Shown: piece by piece, positions 25,720-39,619 of the stretch
Numbering within the stretch: position 1 is the stretch's first letter
Layout of the letters: each line of letters starts with the position of its first letter
Assembly: GCF_036321535.1 (NCBI RefSeq)
Contig: NC_087437.1
Coordinates: 110,796,001-110,860,000 of the forward strand
Direction of reading: 5' to 3'
Origin: Camelus dromedarius
Lineage: Eukaryota
Length of the DNA: 64,000 nucleotides
Made by a program: the position numbers and the translations under genes
Notes under the pieces: model-generated
Databases searched by the model: none
What the model was told of the DNA's origin: nothing
Seen by the model: only the letters and a program-made list of their open reading frames with translations

Positions 25720-25911
25720 ATCCCGATTACATTCAGGATTAAAAACTTCTTTCTTTTCTTTCTTTCTTCCTTTCTTTCTTTCTTTCTTTCTTTCTCTCTC
25801 TCTTTCTTTCTTTCTTTTTCTTTCATAAATAAGAGAATAAAAGAGAAGCCACACTAGGAGACAATATTTGCAATTCATATAACCAACATAAGGATGTTAT
25901 CCAGAATATGT

Positions 25912-25948
<37 letters not shown>

Positions 25949-26815
25949 ATAAATCAATAAGAAAAAGACCTGACTACCAAGTAGAAAAATGATAAGTGAC
26001 TTGAAGAGGCAGGCCACAAAACAGGGTATTCCAAATGGTCAAGAAACCTGTGAGTAGGAGCTTAGCCTTATCAACTATCAGGAAAATGTAAATTAAAACC
26101 AGGAAATACACTTATTACCAGAATAGTTAGAATTCAAATGAGTGATAATGCCAGGTGTCCCTGAGGACATGAAACAATAGGAACACCTCTATCCTCTCAG
26201 GGAGAGTGGAACTGGCTCAATTCCTTATCCATCAATGATAAAGACTCTCCAGTCCTAGAGATAAACCCCAAGAAATGCATGCACATGTGCACTGGGGAAG
26301 ATGTCCCCCAAGGTTGTCTGCAGCACTATTCATAATAGCCAAATGCTAGATCTAACTCAAACTTCATCAGTGGTAGAATGACTACATCAGCTAGTCTATT
26401 CATACAACAAAATTGTGTCATAATGACAATGGACAAACCAGATCTATGTAGACACAAGAGAAATGAATCTCATTTTTTAAAAAGTGAGCAAATGAAACCA
26501 GACCTAAAATAGTAAATGAAGACTGATTCCACTCATTTAAGATTCAAAAATAAGCAAAACTAAAGTGCTCAGTGATACATACTTGAGTAATAAAACTGTG
26601 AAGAAAAACAAAAACATGATTCCATGAAAGTCTAGCACAGCTGTTATCCTTAGGAGGCAGGAGGAGGCTGTGATTGAGGATGGAAGGGGAGGCCTTCTGG
26701 GGGGCTGACAATGTTCCATTTCTTGAGCTGGTGATGACCACACCAGCCAGGAGGCTGTCCATTCAAGTTCTATGTGCTATTCTGGATGTGTGGCATGTTT
26801 CACCATTTCAAAAGA
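25720..26815 (+). mobile_element. L1ME-type ORF2 end and 3' UTR
   Basis: atatttgcaattcatataacc, aaatcaataagaaaaagac, cagcactattcataatagccaaa, atgttccatttcttgagctggtg; contains (CTTT)n at 25745-25823 and (CA)n at 25914-25944. Confidence 0.8.
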
Positions 26816-27204
26816 CCTAATAAAATCCACATGAAAACTACCTACCTTGGAGAAAAATATTTCCCACCAAATATTAACCTCCTCCCCAATACGCAAGCTT
26901 TCTAACTGTAGGCTATAGATATAAAATCCTATATGAGCAGCAGTGCTTCATACAATCTCTGTGAAGTTCAATAAAACAGTTAACGACATTTAAGGTAACA
27001 TACTTGTTCTAAAGGGATACTTAGTGCATGAAGGCATTCTCCTCCAACCGTTAAACTGATAGTAGGTCACATGGTTGTAGATTCAGGTGATTCTTCTTCA
27101 AGGAAGATTGTCAGAAAGATGACTGATTAGATGATTGATAGATGACATGTAGATACGCAGATAGATCAAAAGAAATGACACACATATTTATGTATGTATA
27201 TAAC

Positions 27205-27288
<84 letters not shown>
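27205..27288 (+). repeat. Compound microsatellite (CA)10(TA)32
   Basis: Counted directly. Confidence 0.95.
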
Positions 27289-27291
<3 letters not shown>

Positions 27292-27779
27292 GTTTCTGTA
27301 TGTGGCCAGCATAAGAGTATACCTCTTGCCATAACTTTCCTTTAAGATGAAAGAAACATATAAGAGTGGGCTCAGCACACCCACCCTCTCCCCCACTTCT
27401 CTGGACTCACTGGACAGGATGAGCTATGGATCTGATGCTTACAACCCAGGGTCACCAGAAGGGAGTTGGAAAGGTACAGTGTTCATCCCACATCGAGACC
27501 AAAGAGTCAAGCCACCCACCCAAGAGTGTTAGCCTTTGTCCTCATGATGAGTCATGACCCATGAATACGGTACATTTTTATTTTTAAAGAAATACCTATA
27601 AATACCTCTTGGGGCAATGAGCACTCTATCTTTCTTACCTATATTTCAGGGGCATTAATTACCTTATTTTCTGATTAGTCTCCAGCCTATGGAATAGGAA
27701 TATCAAGTTCTCTGATGTCTCTTTTTGCTTAGGAGTGGTGGTGGGGACCATGCCTTTCCTCTTTTATTTGTTACTATTT

Positions 27780-28200
27780 TTCTCTGCACAGCACCTCCAT
27801 ACCTTCTTCTTCCACCATCCCCAGACAAAGATAAGCACATGACCCAGGCTGGGATCATCATTAACCCCAAGCCCCTGGACACAGTGATTGGCCAGAGGTG
27901 GGTTAATGATCTATGTGTGCCAATCGGAGAACTTCCTTGAGAATAATTTTTAAAACTGAGGAAGTCAGCCTAGAGCTGCTGGCAGCCATGCCTCTGGTTC
28001 AAGCTAGACTGAGAAAAGCTAATCGGACTCAGGGAAAAACAGCGATGAAAGAGAGGCCCAACATGCTAACTTCCCCAGGTCAAACTGTCCCCTAAGCCTG
28101 GCTTTATCCTGATCCTTACAGGGGGCCAATACTTTCCCACTTTGGCCTTAAATCATCTTGGGTTTCTAAACTTTGCAGCACAAAGTTCTAACTAATGGGG
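27780..28200 (+). mobile_element. ERVL solo LTR relic (LTR16/LTR33-like)
   Basis: gcacatgacccaggctgg, cacagtgattgg, gagctgctggcagccat and terminal ttgcagcacaaagttctaactaat. Confidence 0.65.
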
Positions 28201-29386
28201 TTGCAATTTCACATTTTTTTTTTAATGGTTTTATTGTTAATACTGCTGTTTTACTAGAGTAAGAAGCAAAGATCTGGCCCTGTGAGCCGCAGTACACCGC
28301 CACACCACATGCTCCTTAAAACATATTGTGTGAGCCCCTAAGCTTTCTCTTTTTCTTTCTTTTAAAACTGGACCCTATATATATGTGTCTTCTCCCTGAT
28401 GAATTTGTTACTGATTTCTGTATTTAATCTCTGGGGTTTTTTTTCTTTTCCAAATGTTGAATGACCACATAGTGAATATCTGAGATTTTTCTCTCTTCTG
28501 TGAGAATGGCGATCAACCCCACATCAAGAACTGAAAACGCAGCAGTGGCTGGAGATGTTTTTGCCAGATCCAGATTATTATCTTAGAATGCTTCCAAAAG
28601 AAAGCTCTCTGGTTTTGAGGAAACGCTACCTTTGGGGCAACCAAAGGAAGTGCCTCTGAAACCACACAACATGCAGTGGAACCACAGAAAGAAAGAAAGA
28701 AAAAAAAAGCCCTCTTCCTGTATATTTCCTGAGCATTTTGCTTAAAATGAGATCAGTAATGTTCAATTTTAAGAAAGAAATACCACAAGGAAAAGCATAG
28801 AGCAAAACAGCTCCATGACAACAGGGAAGAAAATTTACGGCTGTGGGAGTCCTTTGCACTGACTTCATACATCTCTCCATCATCTCGATAATAAAGTACA
28901 TAATTTCAGCATTTTATAGAAAGGTAAAAATGCGTTCCTTGTTGTGCCAGCCAATAGCTTTCTTAAGTAATTCCGTGCTGAGCTTCACTGCACAGAGGTC
29001 CCAGCCCTGCATTGTTTTACATTTCAATGGGCCACACACACAAAAAAAATTAAGGTTTCTCCTGAATACCCTCTCTGTGGGCCTTGTAACCAGCTGCTGG
29101 AGTTGAGTGCTGAGGGGCGGAGGAAGCTGTTTGAGAGTGGAATAATGGAACTGAGAAAATACTGGAACATCGGCCATGGATGAAGAGGAATGCAGAGCTC
29201 AACCTATGGGAATTGTTGGTGAGAGTTCTGTATTCTCCATAAACAAGTCCTGGAGCAGCTGATGCCATGGTGACCAACAACCACAGATGAAGGGATGGAA
29301 GGATGGATGGACAGATTGAGAAGAGAATGGTATGCTGATGGAGGGGAAAGGAAGGAGCTCACCAAATTGTCGAGCAATGGAATGGG

Positions 29387-30080
29387 CCAGAGTGGGCAAA
29401 TTTTTTCTATGAAGAGCAGATGGGAAATATGGGTATTATGGGCTGAACTGGGTCCGCCAAAATTTATACATTGAAGTCCTAACCCCTAGTCCTTCAGAAT
29501 ATGATTGTAGTTGCAGATAATATCTTTAAGGAAGTAGTTAGATTAAAATAAGCTCATCTGGGTGGACCCTAATCCAGTATGACTGGTGTCCTCGTAAGAA
29601 GAGAAGATTAAGACAGAAACAGTTACAGAGGGAAGACCATGTGAGGACGCAGGGAGGAAATGGCCCCTACAAGTCGAGCAGAGAGGCCCCAGAAGGAATC
29701 GAGCCTGTCAACATCCTGACCTCAGACTTCTAACCTCCAGAATTGTGAGAAAATAAAATTTATATTGTTTAAATCACCCCGCCCACAGTACCCTGTTACA
29801 GCAGCCAGGCCGACTAACACAGTGGGCAATACATTCTCCATGGTGACTACTTAATTCAGAAACTGTAATGTAAAAGCAACCACAGACAACACGGAAACAA
29901 ACAACACAGCTCTGTTCCAATAAAGCTTTCACCTTAGACACTGAAATGTGAGTTTCATGTAACTTTCACATTATGATTTATTAGTCTTCTTTCGACTTTC
30001 TTCCCCAACCATAAAATGTAAGGGGCTTAAAAAACAAGAAGCAAGCAGAATTTAGCCCTTAGACTGTAGTTTGAGGATTT
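29387..30080 (+). mobile_element. MER58B hAT transposon interrupted by an MLT1B LTR
   Basis: Left end gggcaaattttttctatgaag; right part gttccaataaagc...gacactgaaatgtgagtttcat...actgtagtttg. Confidence 0.8.
29434..29821 (+). mobile_element. MLT1B (ERVL-MaLR) solo LTR
   Basis: tattatgggctgaa...ttgaagtcctaacccc...ccctaatccagtatgactggtgtcct...ctaacaca; 5-bp TSD atggg/gtggg (4/5). Confidence 0.92.
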
Positions 30081-30234
30081 GGGATCCAGTCTCCAAACAC
30101 TCATGAAGAGAGAAGATCCCTCCAAGAAATCCCAACACGATGGGCACTTCTCTACTCTGGGCTCTGTGTCTACGTCTCCTTCTGCCTGCATCTCACACTG
30201 TTCTCCACGTGTGTGATTACGTATCTGATTCACA

Positions 30235-30350
30235 CACTGGGCTGTGAGTACCTGATGGGCAGCGTCTGTGTCTCACATATTCTTTTATCTCTAGCACTTC
30301 TCAGAGTCCCTAGAACATTAACAGGTGCTTGATACATACTCCCTGAATCA
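30235..30350 (+). mobile_element. L2 3' end fragment
   Basis: ctgtgagtacctgatgggcag...tatctctagcac. Confidence 0.55.
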
Positions 30351-31544
30351 AACCGCGCTGCCCAGCATCACAGGATCCCGCTGTGAACGTGGAACCCAAG
30401 GAGCAATCCAGGGAGAGCTGCCCCAGTTACCAGGCCTCCTGCTGTGGGATATCACAGCCATGAATAGTGTTCCCTTGGGATGCTCGACAAAGGACACAGA
30501 AAGTAAATTGCACAGTTTCCTGAAGCTGGATTTTGTCCATTATCAAAAGCAACTCTTTGTTTGTCACACTAAAAAGGGCAGAAAACTAGTTATCTTATTC
30601 TTCCCAATGGCCCTGTAGACGTCACTTAACTTAGGCAGGTCCTGAATGAAAGGAAATACACTCCTCTCTTTACAGAGGACGAAAATCACGTAGCCCTGGA
30701 CTCCGGAGTTTGGGGATCAGCATGCAATGAACCCACAATAGCACCTCCCTTCTTCTTCCATCCATCAATCCAGGCCACCCATCAAAAGAAAGCTCAATGT
30801 CAGCTTCACGATAACCATCTTGAAGTTGGACCCTTGAGACAGCCTTCCTCTACAGTAGCTGTATGTTTCCCTGGAAGACAGACTATTAAAAAGATGATGC
30901 TTGGGTACTCTTTTAAATAAGTGGAAATCTTGAATAGAAGTGTGCCAGGGATCAAGTCTGCATACAAAAGAGGAATACAAAGAACCACGGGAGAATCTAT
31001 ATGGAAATGACTCACAACTCTTCAGATTTGAACAGATCCTAAAGTATGGCTCTGGAGACAGAACTGTAATCCAAAGCAGGGAGGCAGGTAGACAGACAAG
31101 CAAGAAATGAAGGAAAGAAAGAAGAGAAGGAAGGAGCAAAGGGAGGATGGAAGGAAAGAGGACATCAACGGTGTAGCTCAGGTTAGTTCAGCAATGACCC
31201 TCACCTCCACCCACCCCTCCCCTTACAAAGAGACACGACAGCATTTGGGGTTATAAGTATTGTGAACAGCAAACAGAGCACAGAGCTTAAAAGAGTGTGG
31301 ACATCACTTTTCTATTTTCAGGTTTGTCCATAATGGCTAGATTTGAAATCGAGTTGCACTAAGACTTAGTTTCCTAGTCAACAGAATGGAACTAGACGTA
31401 CCAGGCAGACAGATCAAAATAACATAATACATTTTTTAAAAATTCGCTAGCTGCTCATTTTAAGTGGTTTCGAATTCTTTTTCTTTGTGAAAAAATCTCC
31501 ATAGCAACTAAACCTGAATACCTTGGTATTCAACCCAAGCTTAC

Positions 31545-31645
31545 CCGCCCAATGAATTTGGTAAGAATGGTTTCTTCTTGCTAAAGACACAGTGCAGTTA
31601 AGGGTCGCCAGAAAATCCAATGCACCTCGTGCATCCTTCCTGAGG
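31545..31645 (-). other. Candidate internal exon (101 nt) of the minus-strand host gene
   Basis: Acceptor ttggttgtctgttttctAG| (tandem alternative cctcAG 6 nt downstream); donor CGG|GTAAGC; one open frame LRKDARGALDFLATLNCTVSLARRNHSYQIHWA; unique sequence. Confidence 0.6.
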
Positions 31646-32673
31646 CTAGAAAACAGACAACCAAGAGACACTCTCCTGTTTCTCAACCGAGATGACAACG
31701 TTCTGTTTCTTCACGGTTTAGTAATTCCATCATTTATCACGCTGCAGCCTTAAGTCAGCTCACTGTTCACATTATGTACACATTTGCCCTTGTGTGTTGG
31801 TATTTTCTCGTCCTCATGGGCCATTATAATATTTTACTTCAAATAACATCTTACTTGGCATCATATTATCAATATAACTTCATTGGCTGTTTGAATTCTC
31901 TGAACAGCTTTGTGGACCACAAACGAAGACCTAAAGAACAAAATCAGATGCTAAGTTTCAACAAATCAATGTGCTGAAACCCCGAAACAGTCCACCAATA
32001 AATTTCCACAGGAGGCTCATCTCAGTCATAACAGACACTTCATATAAAGATTCATATTAAAAGAATTAATATTGAAACCCTTTCTCTGAATTCAAACTGA
32101 GTTCTATGTATTACGTTAAAGGAATCTGAACCAACCTGACAGTACGTTGACAAAAGAAATTCACCAATTATTTTAACTTCATGAAAGATTTTAAGGGAAA
32201 ACATTTAAGACTAGTATTAATAACTCCCTACTTTGTATCTTAGGCTTCATTCTTAAAATAGCTTAATTATTTCAAAACAACCGATTTTCAGGTTTCCAAA
32301 TAACCTTTCCTAAAAATCCAGGTGAATCACTTTTGCAATTTATTACTATTTGTAGCTCAACAAATTATTTCACTTGAGCTGAACTACATACATACCATTT
32401 TTAATGAGAGTGCCACAGTGTGTGCCTTGATTTCAAATCCAAAGTATTCTACTCCAAAATGATTCTGGAGGCTTCCTATTTGCTGTCTGGAGTTTGAAAA
32501 GCTAAAAATAGGAACCAAGTTTTTGCATCACGAGGCAGCACCGAGCATTTCAGGAAAGCATACAGCCTTCAAATAAATTCATCAACAGATCCCAAAGCCA
32601 GCTATAGGCTGACATGATCTTAGATCTGATCATCCCCACCATATTCTTATTTGTAAAAGCAAAAAGACATTAA

Positions 32674-32763
32674 CCAACACATGTATGTACATGTATGACT
32701 GAAATATATGCTGGACACCAGAAATTGACCCATTATAAACTGACTAAACTTCAATTTTTTTAA
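32674..32763 (+). mobile_element. Short L1 3' terminus
   Basis: atgtatgactgaa...acaccagaaattgac...aaactgactaaacttcaa; approximate TSD aaaa(a/g)gacatt at 32661-32671 and 32764-32774. Confidence 0.8.
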
Positions 32764-32899
32764 AAAAGGACATTTAATAGTATCATATTTCCAGGAGAAA
32801 GACCCTGTAAAGCAGGAATTTGTCTAAACTATGCAGCAGCAGGAGAAAAACTGCTAAAAAAACAGGCAAAACTGCCAAAAATACAGGTATCTAGACTCC

Positions 32900-33455
32900 T
32901 TTATACTATAAAACTAAAGATACTAAATTAGTATGTAAATTTTGAACAAATCCATAGGGATTCAATCAGCAAAATCCAGAACATGGAAAACTTGATGGGT
33001 CAGACTTAAGTCACTTCAACAAATAAAGTAAAAGGCAGAAAAGACAAGAGAGAGAAAGAGAGAGAGTAGTGAGGAACTTACTAATTAAATGACACTTAAG
33101 ACATGTATCCATCAGTGGCAACATATGGGTGATATGGATCATGACTGAAAAAGATATGCTATTAAAAAATCATGAGACAGAAGCGTAAATTTAAAAACTG
33201 ACTAGATATTGGATATTATTAAGGAGTTATAGGCAGTATGGTTTTTCATGTTATCTTTTTGCAACACATACTGATATATTTTCAGATGAGATAATATAGT
33301 GTCTGGGATTTACATCAAAATAATCCAGGATAGGTGTGTGGATGTGTGTGTGTGTGTGTGTGTGACCTGCTAATCTTTGAAGCTGGGTAACACAAGAGTT
33401 GGGGGTTCAGTATACTAGTCTCCACTTGTGAATGTTTGAAACTGCCAATAAGAAA
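32900..33455 (+). mobile_element. L1ME1/2-type 3' UTR
   Basis: caatcagcaaaatccaga, gactagatattggatattattaagga, gtctgggattta...aaaataatccag, ttgaagctgggt. Confidence 0.8.
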
Positions 33456-33499
33456 TAGTACGCACAAGAAATACTGTGCTCTGTACGCTCAGAAATTGC

Positions 33500-33700
33500 C
33501 TCTGGGTGGCCTGAGGGTGTGTGTGGCCTACAGACATATTTTGTTTGGACGGTGGGACTGTTTTTAAAAAAAAATGTTTTTCCCTTTTTGGTCCAACATT
33601 TAAAACTGAAAAGACATCACAGGCAAATCAGGGGTTCCAACTCCTCTTTAAAAATAGAAAAAGCTGGCGACACTGGACCACAGCAACAAGCCCTGGAGGG
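33500..33700 (+). mobile_element. Probable ancient hAT DNA transposon fragment (family uncertain)
   Basis: ggcctacagacatattttgtttgg...aacatttaaaa...aaaagctggcgacactgg resembles mammalian-wide hAT relics. Confidence 0.4.
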
Positions 33701-35929
33701 TGGCCTGCCAGCCGTCAGTCACCCTGGGTCGCGCTGGCACTCATCCACCGAGACAGCCTCCCTGGTCCGGGGTCATCTGAGTCTGGCCCCCTCGTACAGG
33801 GCTCTACAGAGCAGTAACACAGGCCAACACGAGGGCCAGAGTCTTCGGAATTAACATGTTCCGCTATCAGCCCAAACCACTAGAAATTTGTTTTCTGACC
33901 ATTAACCAAAAGTCCCCAACAATAACTTCAAGACAAGCGCTTGGAGAGATTTAGTTTCTATTAACACGAAGCAGTGATTGGAAACATATGGGTAGTCAAG
34001 CTGCGGCAAAAGAAAATGCTGCAGGTCATTAGTTGACTTGCCCTGGGACCCCTGGCCAGCTCTGCCGGCTGGCCTTATCACTCAGGCCCCAGGATCGGCT
34101 GCTGTCTGGCTCCACGGCCCCCCGGAAAGCAACGGCAAGAGGGGGGCTGAGAGCTCATTTAGTGCCTCCCCTTCCCCCTCATCTTACAGCTGAGGGTCCA
34201 GCCAACGGAGGGTGAGTCATTCACCCAATCGTTTTCCAAAGGGTCATCAGAGGGAAAGGACCGGGGATGAAAATGTGATGTGAGACACACTCTAGGGTTC
34301 CTGGATGACAATTTGTTCCTGTATGTTTTCGTCCCTTCAGAATACTTTTCCAGTGTGACAGTGGAACAAGTGCAAGGTTTCCCTAGGTGGGGGAGGTGGG
34401 GGGAAAAGCGTTGAACTGCTGAACCACTTGGACTCGGGCTTTCCTGTTTAACCAGCCTAGGTGGAATGATCGTTAAGGATTCCCCAGCACCTGACCGACA
34501 TTCCTCACTTGGAGCGTTACTTGCCATCTCATCAGGCAACAAAACAAAGAAGGTAAGTCCTTCAGACTCCTCAGGTCCTCTGAAGACCCAGACCCTGGGT
34601 TCTCTCATGGAAGAGCTCCCAGACTCATTCACTCCAGGGACCCAGCTTCACCAAGTTGAGTCCAAAGACGTTCCCAGAGTCATGCAGTGACTGCTGTATT
34701 TGCAGATCTGGCCCTATGTGACCTTGGGTTCTTCCCAAGGTGAGCTTACTCAGCTAACAATAGACTATTCTTGAAATTTAATTAATTCAGCTGCAGACAA
34801 CTCAAAAGAAGAAGAATCAAAACAATCCGGGGCAATATATATATGAGCTCTGACTGTGGACAAGTAATCGTCCCAGTGGTCCAACAGGGAGCTCTCCTCA
34901 TCCTCCAGAAAGCCCTCACACACTGGCACACTGCGTTCACTTGCTCATAAATTCTAATGTACCTAAAGGTAGCAGGTCTTTTTTCCCAGTAAAAATGTAG
35001 GAAAACATAATCCAGTTTCGCCATCCAAGGTCTAAAGACACCACAGCAATCACTGGCTGGGATTCCTTAGCTTTCTCAGCATCTGGACTTGAAGAAATCC
35101 TTCAGAACCAACGGTCCATGGTTCTATTACATTATTCTGATCAATGTACAGGTTATGACTCATCCTTTGCTCACCACCACTGTAAGTTGAAAAGGTTGGA
35201 ACTGAATCTCTATATGAAACATGGAGGCTCTGGGAATTCAAGGGAGTATCTTTGGCCAACCAGGTTGAGAACCACTGAGAGCTTTAGGAGAATAGCCACG
35301 GAAATCAGCCTGGCAAGAGAGGGCAAAAGTCTAAGCTGAGACAGTAGCCACAGAGATGAAGAGAAGGAATGAAAGGAAGAGAAGTAAAGAGAGGGGGAGG
35401 AGGAGAAACTAGGTAGCTAGAGATGCCACAAACCAAGAAGACATAAAGATAGAAGTCAACCTTTACTTCATTCATAATAATAAATATTTCTTGAGCATCT
35501 AATGTGTGACAAGGACTATGCAAAACCCTGGGGATGCAATGGGGAGCAGAACAGAATTAAGACGGGAACACAGAGAAGCAGGATGGTGTCAGGATTTTTT
35601 TTTTTTTTTTTTTTTTTTGAAAAGGAGAGGCAGAGATGAGAACAGTCAGCTCATTCAGAGAGATGTTAAGTTTGAGGCAAAGTCTAACAGGCAGAAATAA
35701 CTCGAGCTAATTCAAGGAAATGATCGGCTTTAGACATTCAGCTACATAAATATGTTAAGTACTCCCTTATTTTCTAAAATAAAACCCTCTCCTTTGGTCC
35801 TACAATCCCCCCTAGTTATTGCCCACCCCCAGTCCCCTGAAAGCCACAGTCACAGAAGCAACAGCTCTAAAAGCAACATACTGAAAGTCACTAACACAGC
35901 ACCATCTATATCCAGATAATTGAGGTGAC

Positions 35930-36132
35930 TGTGTGAAAAAATACATACCATGTGTATGTACATATTATATATATGTATGTTAAAATAATAACAAGAAAGA
36001 ATAGGAAAAAAACACAGTATGAGCATGATTTTTATTGGTGAGTAAACAGGCAATTATTTCCCCTTCCTCATATGTTTCTGTTTTTTCAAATTTCCCACCA
36101 TAATCACTCATATATATAAAAGGAAAAATAAG
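35930..36132 (+). mobile_element. Ancient L1ME4/L1MC-type tail
   Basis: tttctgttttttcaaatttcccacataatca...aggaaaaataa terminal motif. Confidence 0.5.
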
Positions 36133-38669
36133 TAACTTTATTTTCATCACATATGTGAAGATTTGTTTTTCACAACATGCATTTATCTCCTTATATCCAA
36201 AAAGCCAAACACTAAATATCTCAAGTTTCACACACCCTCTAGCTCCAAAATAACCCACATAATAAAAAAAGAAGAAAAGAAAAAAGAAAAACTCTGCTTC
36301 ATTTTCTAAATCTCTTTCCTAAGAATAGAAAGAAATGATAGCCCTTTTGTATGATAGCCCCAATATTACTATCTATATCCTCCAAGTGTCTTTCGGTTTT
36401 ATAGTTGAATTTTAATTATCTGTCTCCTAAATTGTAATGCCACATCCATCCCTTTGTTTTCTTAGTTCTCCTGTTCTCTGTTTCCTTAATGGTGCTTCCC
36501 CCGTACGGTTCAGACGCGCAGCCCGCAGGGATGCCCGCAGGGATGCACACACGCACGCGTGCCTGCAGACACGCACGCACGCTCAGGCGCCATACCTCAT
36601 ACATGCATACGAGTCTTGGATGGTAACAGTGATGACCATAAAATGATTCTCCCCAAAACTCCAATGCCTCCTGCATCTCTCTCTCTATTTCACTTTTTCA
36701 CGCTAAAGGTCGTACAGTATTTAAAGCAAACTCCCGATTATGCACACTAATGAAGGCAAACATTAGAGCAGATGCGTGTTTGGCACGAGATTTCCCTAAC
36801 TGCATTTTGCTTAGACTACCATCAGAATTAGTTACTGTTCCCCCAAACACACACGCAGCAGCAGCAGGAGGACACGACAACTATAAGATTTCTGGGTGAT
36901 GAAGAGAACTGACTGAAATGTAAAGTAAGTCTTAAATAGCACAGAAAGAACGTTTTCCACATTCGCAACACTGAGAGATGTTGGTATAGAAAACAATATA
37001 GGTCCAAATATGTGTGTATTGTATCTCCCAGAGCTACCATCTACATATTACATTGCCATGTGGCCCAATTGTAGTACCTCAATGCTGGCTAATGCCACGA
37101 TCAAAAGGCATTAAAAGTATAGAGGAAATCTCAAACTCCATCTACATCTCTAATATCCTGGATGCGTGGTAACTAACAGAAAACTCAGAACTGTAGGCCA
37201 CTCCTTACTCTGTTTGTTAAGAGTTAGACATTTTTTTCTTAGATGAATTTTAAAAGATGCCTCTCTGTAACACCGATCTGCTGGAGAAACGAGACCAAAT
37301 CTCTATCTTTTCTGTATGCTAAGCTTTCAAATGGCAGAAGGAGGTGGTCTTGTCCCCTTTTTACGGTTTTGCCACCAAAGTTTCCTAATATCATTTCAGT
37401 TCTGCTCCTCTGACTACTTTTCTCAAAGTTCTCTTTACAATGCTGAACAGGGAGGTAGATGTGGTCCTCAAGCACTGGGCTGACCTGATGAACGACCAGG
37501 GGGACCAGGACACAACGTATCCTTTAGCCCACGAATGGATTCATTCATTTCTCATGACCACACCGTGCTTACGGACACGCACTGCTGCAAGCCCTACCTC
37601 CCCTGTTCCATGTGTGTACAAGTCTCATCTATTTTCTTCTTTCCCCAAACTCTCTGCAGAACATCGCATACTGCTTTTTAAATATGTCACAGGTTCTGCC
37701 TGCCACCTGGGGCAGCTGAGATTATTCAGAGTGTGTACTGAACACCCTACTGAACACTCTTCTATTCAGATGTGATATTCAAGTTCAGAAACTGTTGGCA
37801 GACACATTTTTGGTCATGTCAATTCAGGAACAAGAGGAATAAAAAAATAATTAAAGGCTGCAGGAAAGGAGAAAAAAATGACAGATTAGCAGAGACAAGA
37901 GGAACCAAGTGTGCCAGGGAATCCAGAATACTGATGACCTCCACAGTGTGCACAATCCCTAGACAGACACATAACTACCAACGGTCCAGGAGATATTCTG
38001 TATTTTTATAAAAAATTCCTGCCAACCTCCTTAAAAACCAAATATAAACTCAACAAAACAAAACAAAACTTCTGTGTTCTTGAGCTGATTTCTGATACTT
38101 ACAAACATAAGTCCTAGATAACAAAGAAACTGTATTCTCATATAAGAAATGAGAATCCCATGTAAGTTACCATGCCAGTGATTCTTCAAGTATTGAGCAA
38201 TTTGTGGTTTAAACTACAGACATCCTCCCAATTTGGTGCTGATTCATTAATTAACATTCTTTTAGTGTGTTTCAACCAGCCTCCAATCCAGCCCACATGT
38301 ATCTCATTCTCTGTCCAGGACACCTGAACTTTTAACCCTCCAGACTTTTAAATGTTTTAGGCTCATCTTTAGTTGGTTCCTCTAGTCCCTGAAGCCCTTC
38401 CTTCTCCCATGCACGTTTTCAGCCACATAATTTGGCCAATAGATTGATGTGAATGAATTAATGAATAATTTCTGCTTCCAAAACGCTGTGCCATGCCCTT
38501 GGCCAAAGAATCACCCAAGGTGAGACTTTAGATAAGTTAGCTGCAACTCTAGATACAATTCCAAATTGATTACAATAAAGGAGATGAGAAAATGTCAACA
38601 CCAGCACAGGTGTGACTTGCTTCAGAAAGAATATATACACAAAAATCTGTATTTACAAGTCAGTTACAC

Positions 38670-39450
38670 AGGAAAAGATGCACCCTCAGCATTAGCCATT
38701 AGGGGACAAAAATAATTAAAACCACAATAAGACACCACTTCACACCCACAAGAATGCCTATAATCAAAAAAATACATAATAACAAGTATTAGCAAGGATA
38801 TAAAGGACGCTCATATGTCACTGATGCAAATAGAAAATGGTGCAGGTACTTTGGAAAACAGTCTGGTAGTTCTTAAAAACAGTAAACCTAGAGTAACCAT
38901 ATGACCCTGCAGTTTCATTTCTAGGTAAATGATAACATATGTCCACACAAAAGCTTGTATGTGAATGAGTCACACCAGCACTATTTGCAATAGCAAAAGA
39001 GTGGAAATAACCCAAGTGTCCATCAACTGATGAATGGATAAATAAAATATGTAAGTCCAGACAAAGTTGATATTATTTGGCAATAAAAAGAAATGAAGTG
39101 CTGATACTTGCCACAATGTGGATAAAACTTGAAAACATGATGTGAAGTGAAAAAAGCCAGATGCGAAAGACCATACATTGCATGATTCCATTTATATGAA
39201 ATGTCCAGAACAGGCAAATCTGGAGACAAATTAGGTTAATGGTTGCCTGGGGCTGGGGACGGGTGGGGAGCGCTGGGGAGAAATGAGGAAGGACTGGTAA
39301 CGGTACAGAGTTTCTTTTGTTCTAAAAATGATTACAGGGATGGTTGTAAAACTCTGTGAATATACTAAACACTACTGGAGTGTACACTTTAAATGGATGA
39401 ATTGTATGGTATGTAAATTATAGCTAACTAAGTTGTTGTTTAAAAGAAAA
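38670..39450 (+). mobile_element. L1MB-type ORF2 end and 3' UTR
   Basis: aaaaccacaataagacaccacttcacaccca...aagtgtccatcaactgatgaatgg...gtacactttaaatggatgaattgtatggtatgt. Confidence 0.92.
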
Positions 39451-39619
39451 AGTCCATTAGAAGGTAATCAATCCCATTACTAGTCATGGTATAAAGAAAA
39501 GGAATGTACTTGGTACCATAATTTTTCTAGTTCATTAAAATGTTGGTCAAAATCCCAAAGTTAACAGACACACAACATAAAGCAGTCTATATATTTAATT
39601 CAATACCACTTGCATTATA

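Noticed and set aside
27111..27396. ORFs with YIYIYI/THTH repeats
   Set aside because: Translation of the (CA)(TA) microsatellite
37239..37475. 78-aa minus-strand ORF with protein-like composition (possible processed pseudogene)
   Set aside because: No recognisable family, no poly(A)/TSD and no convincing splice sites
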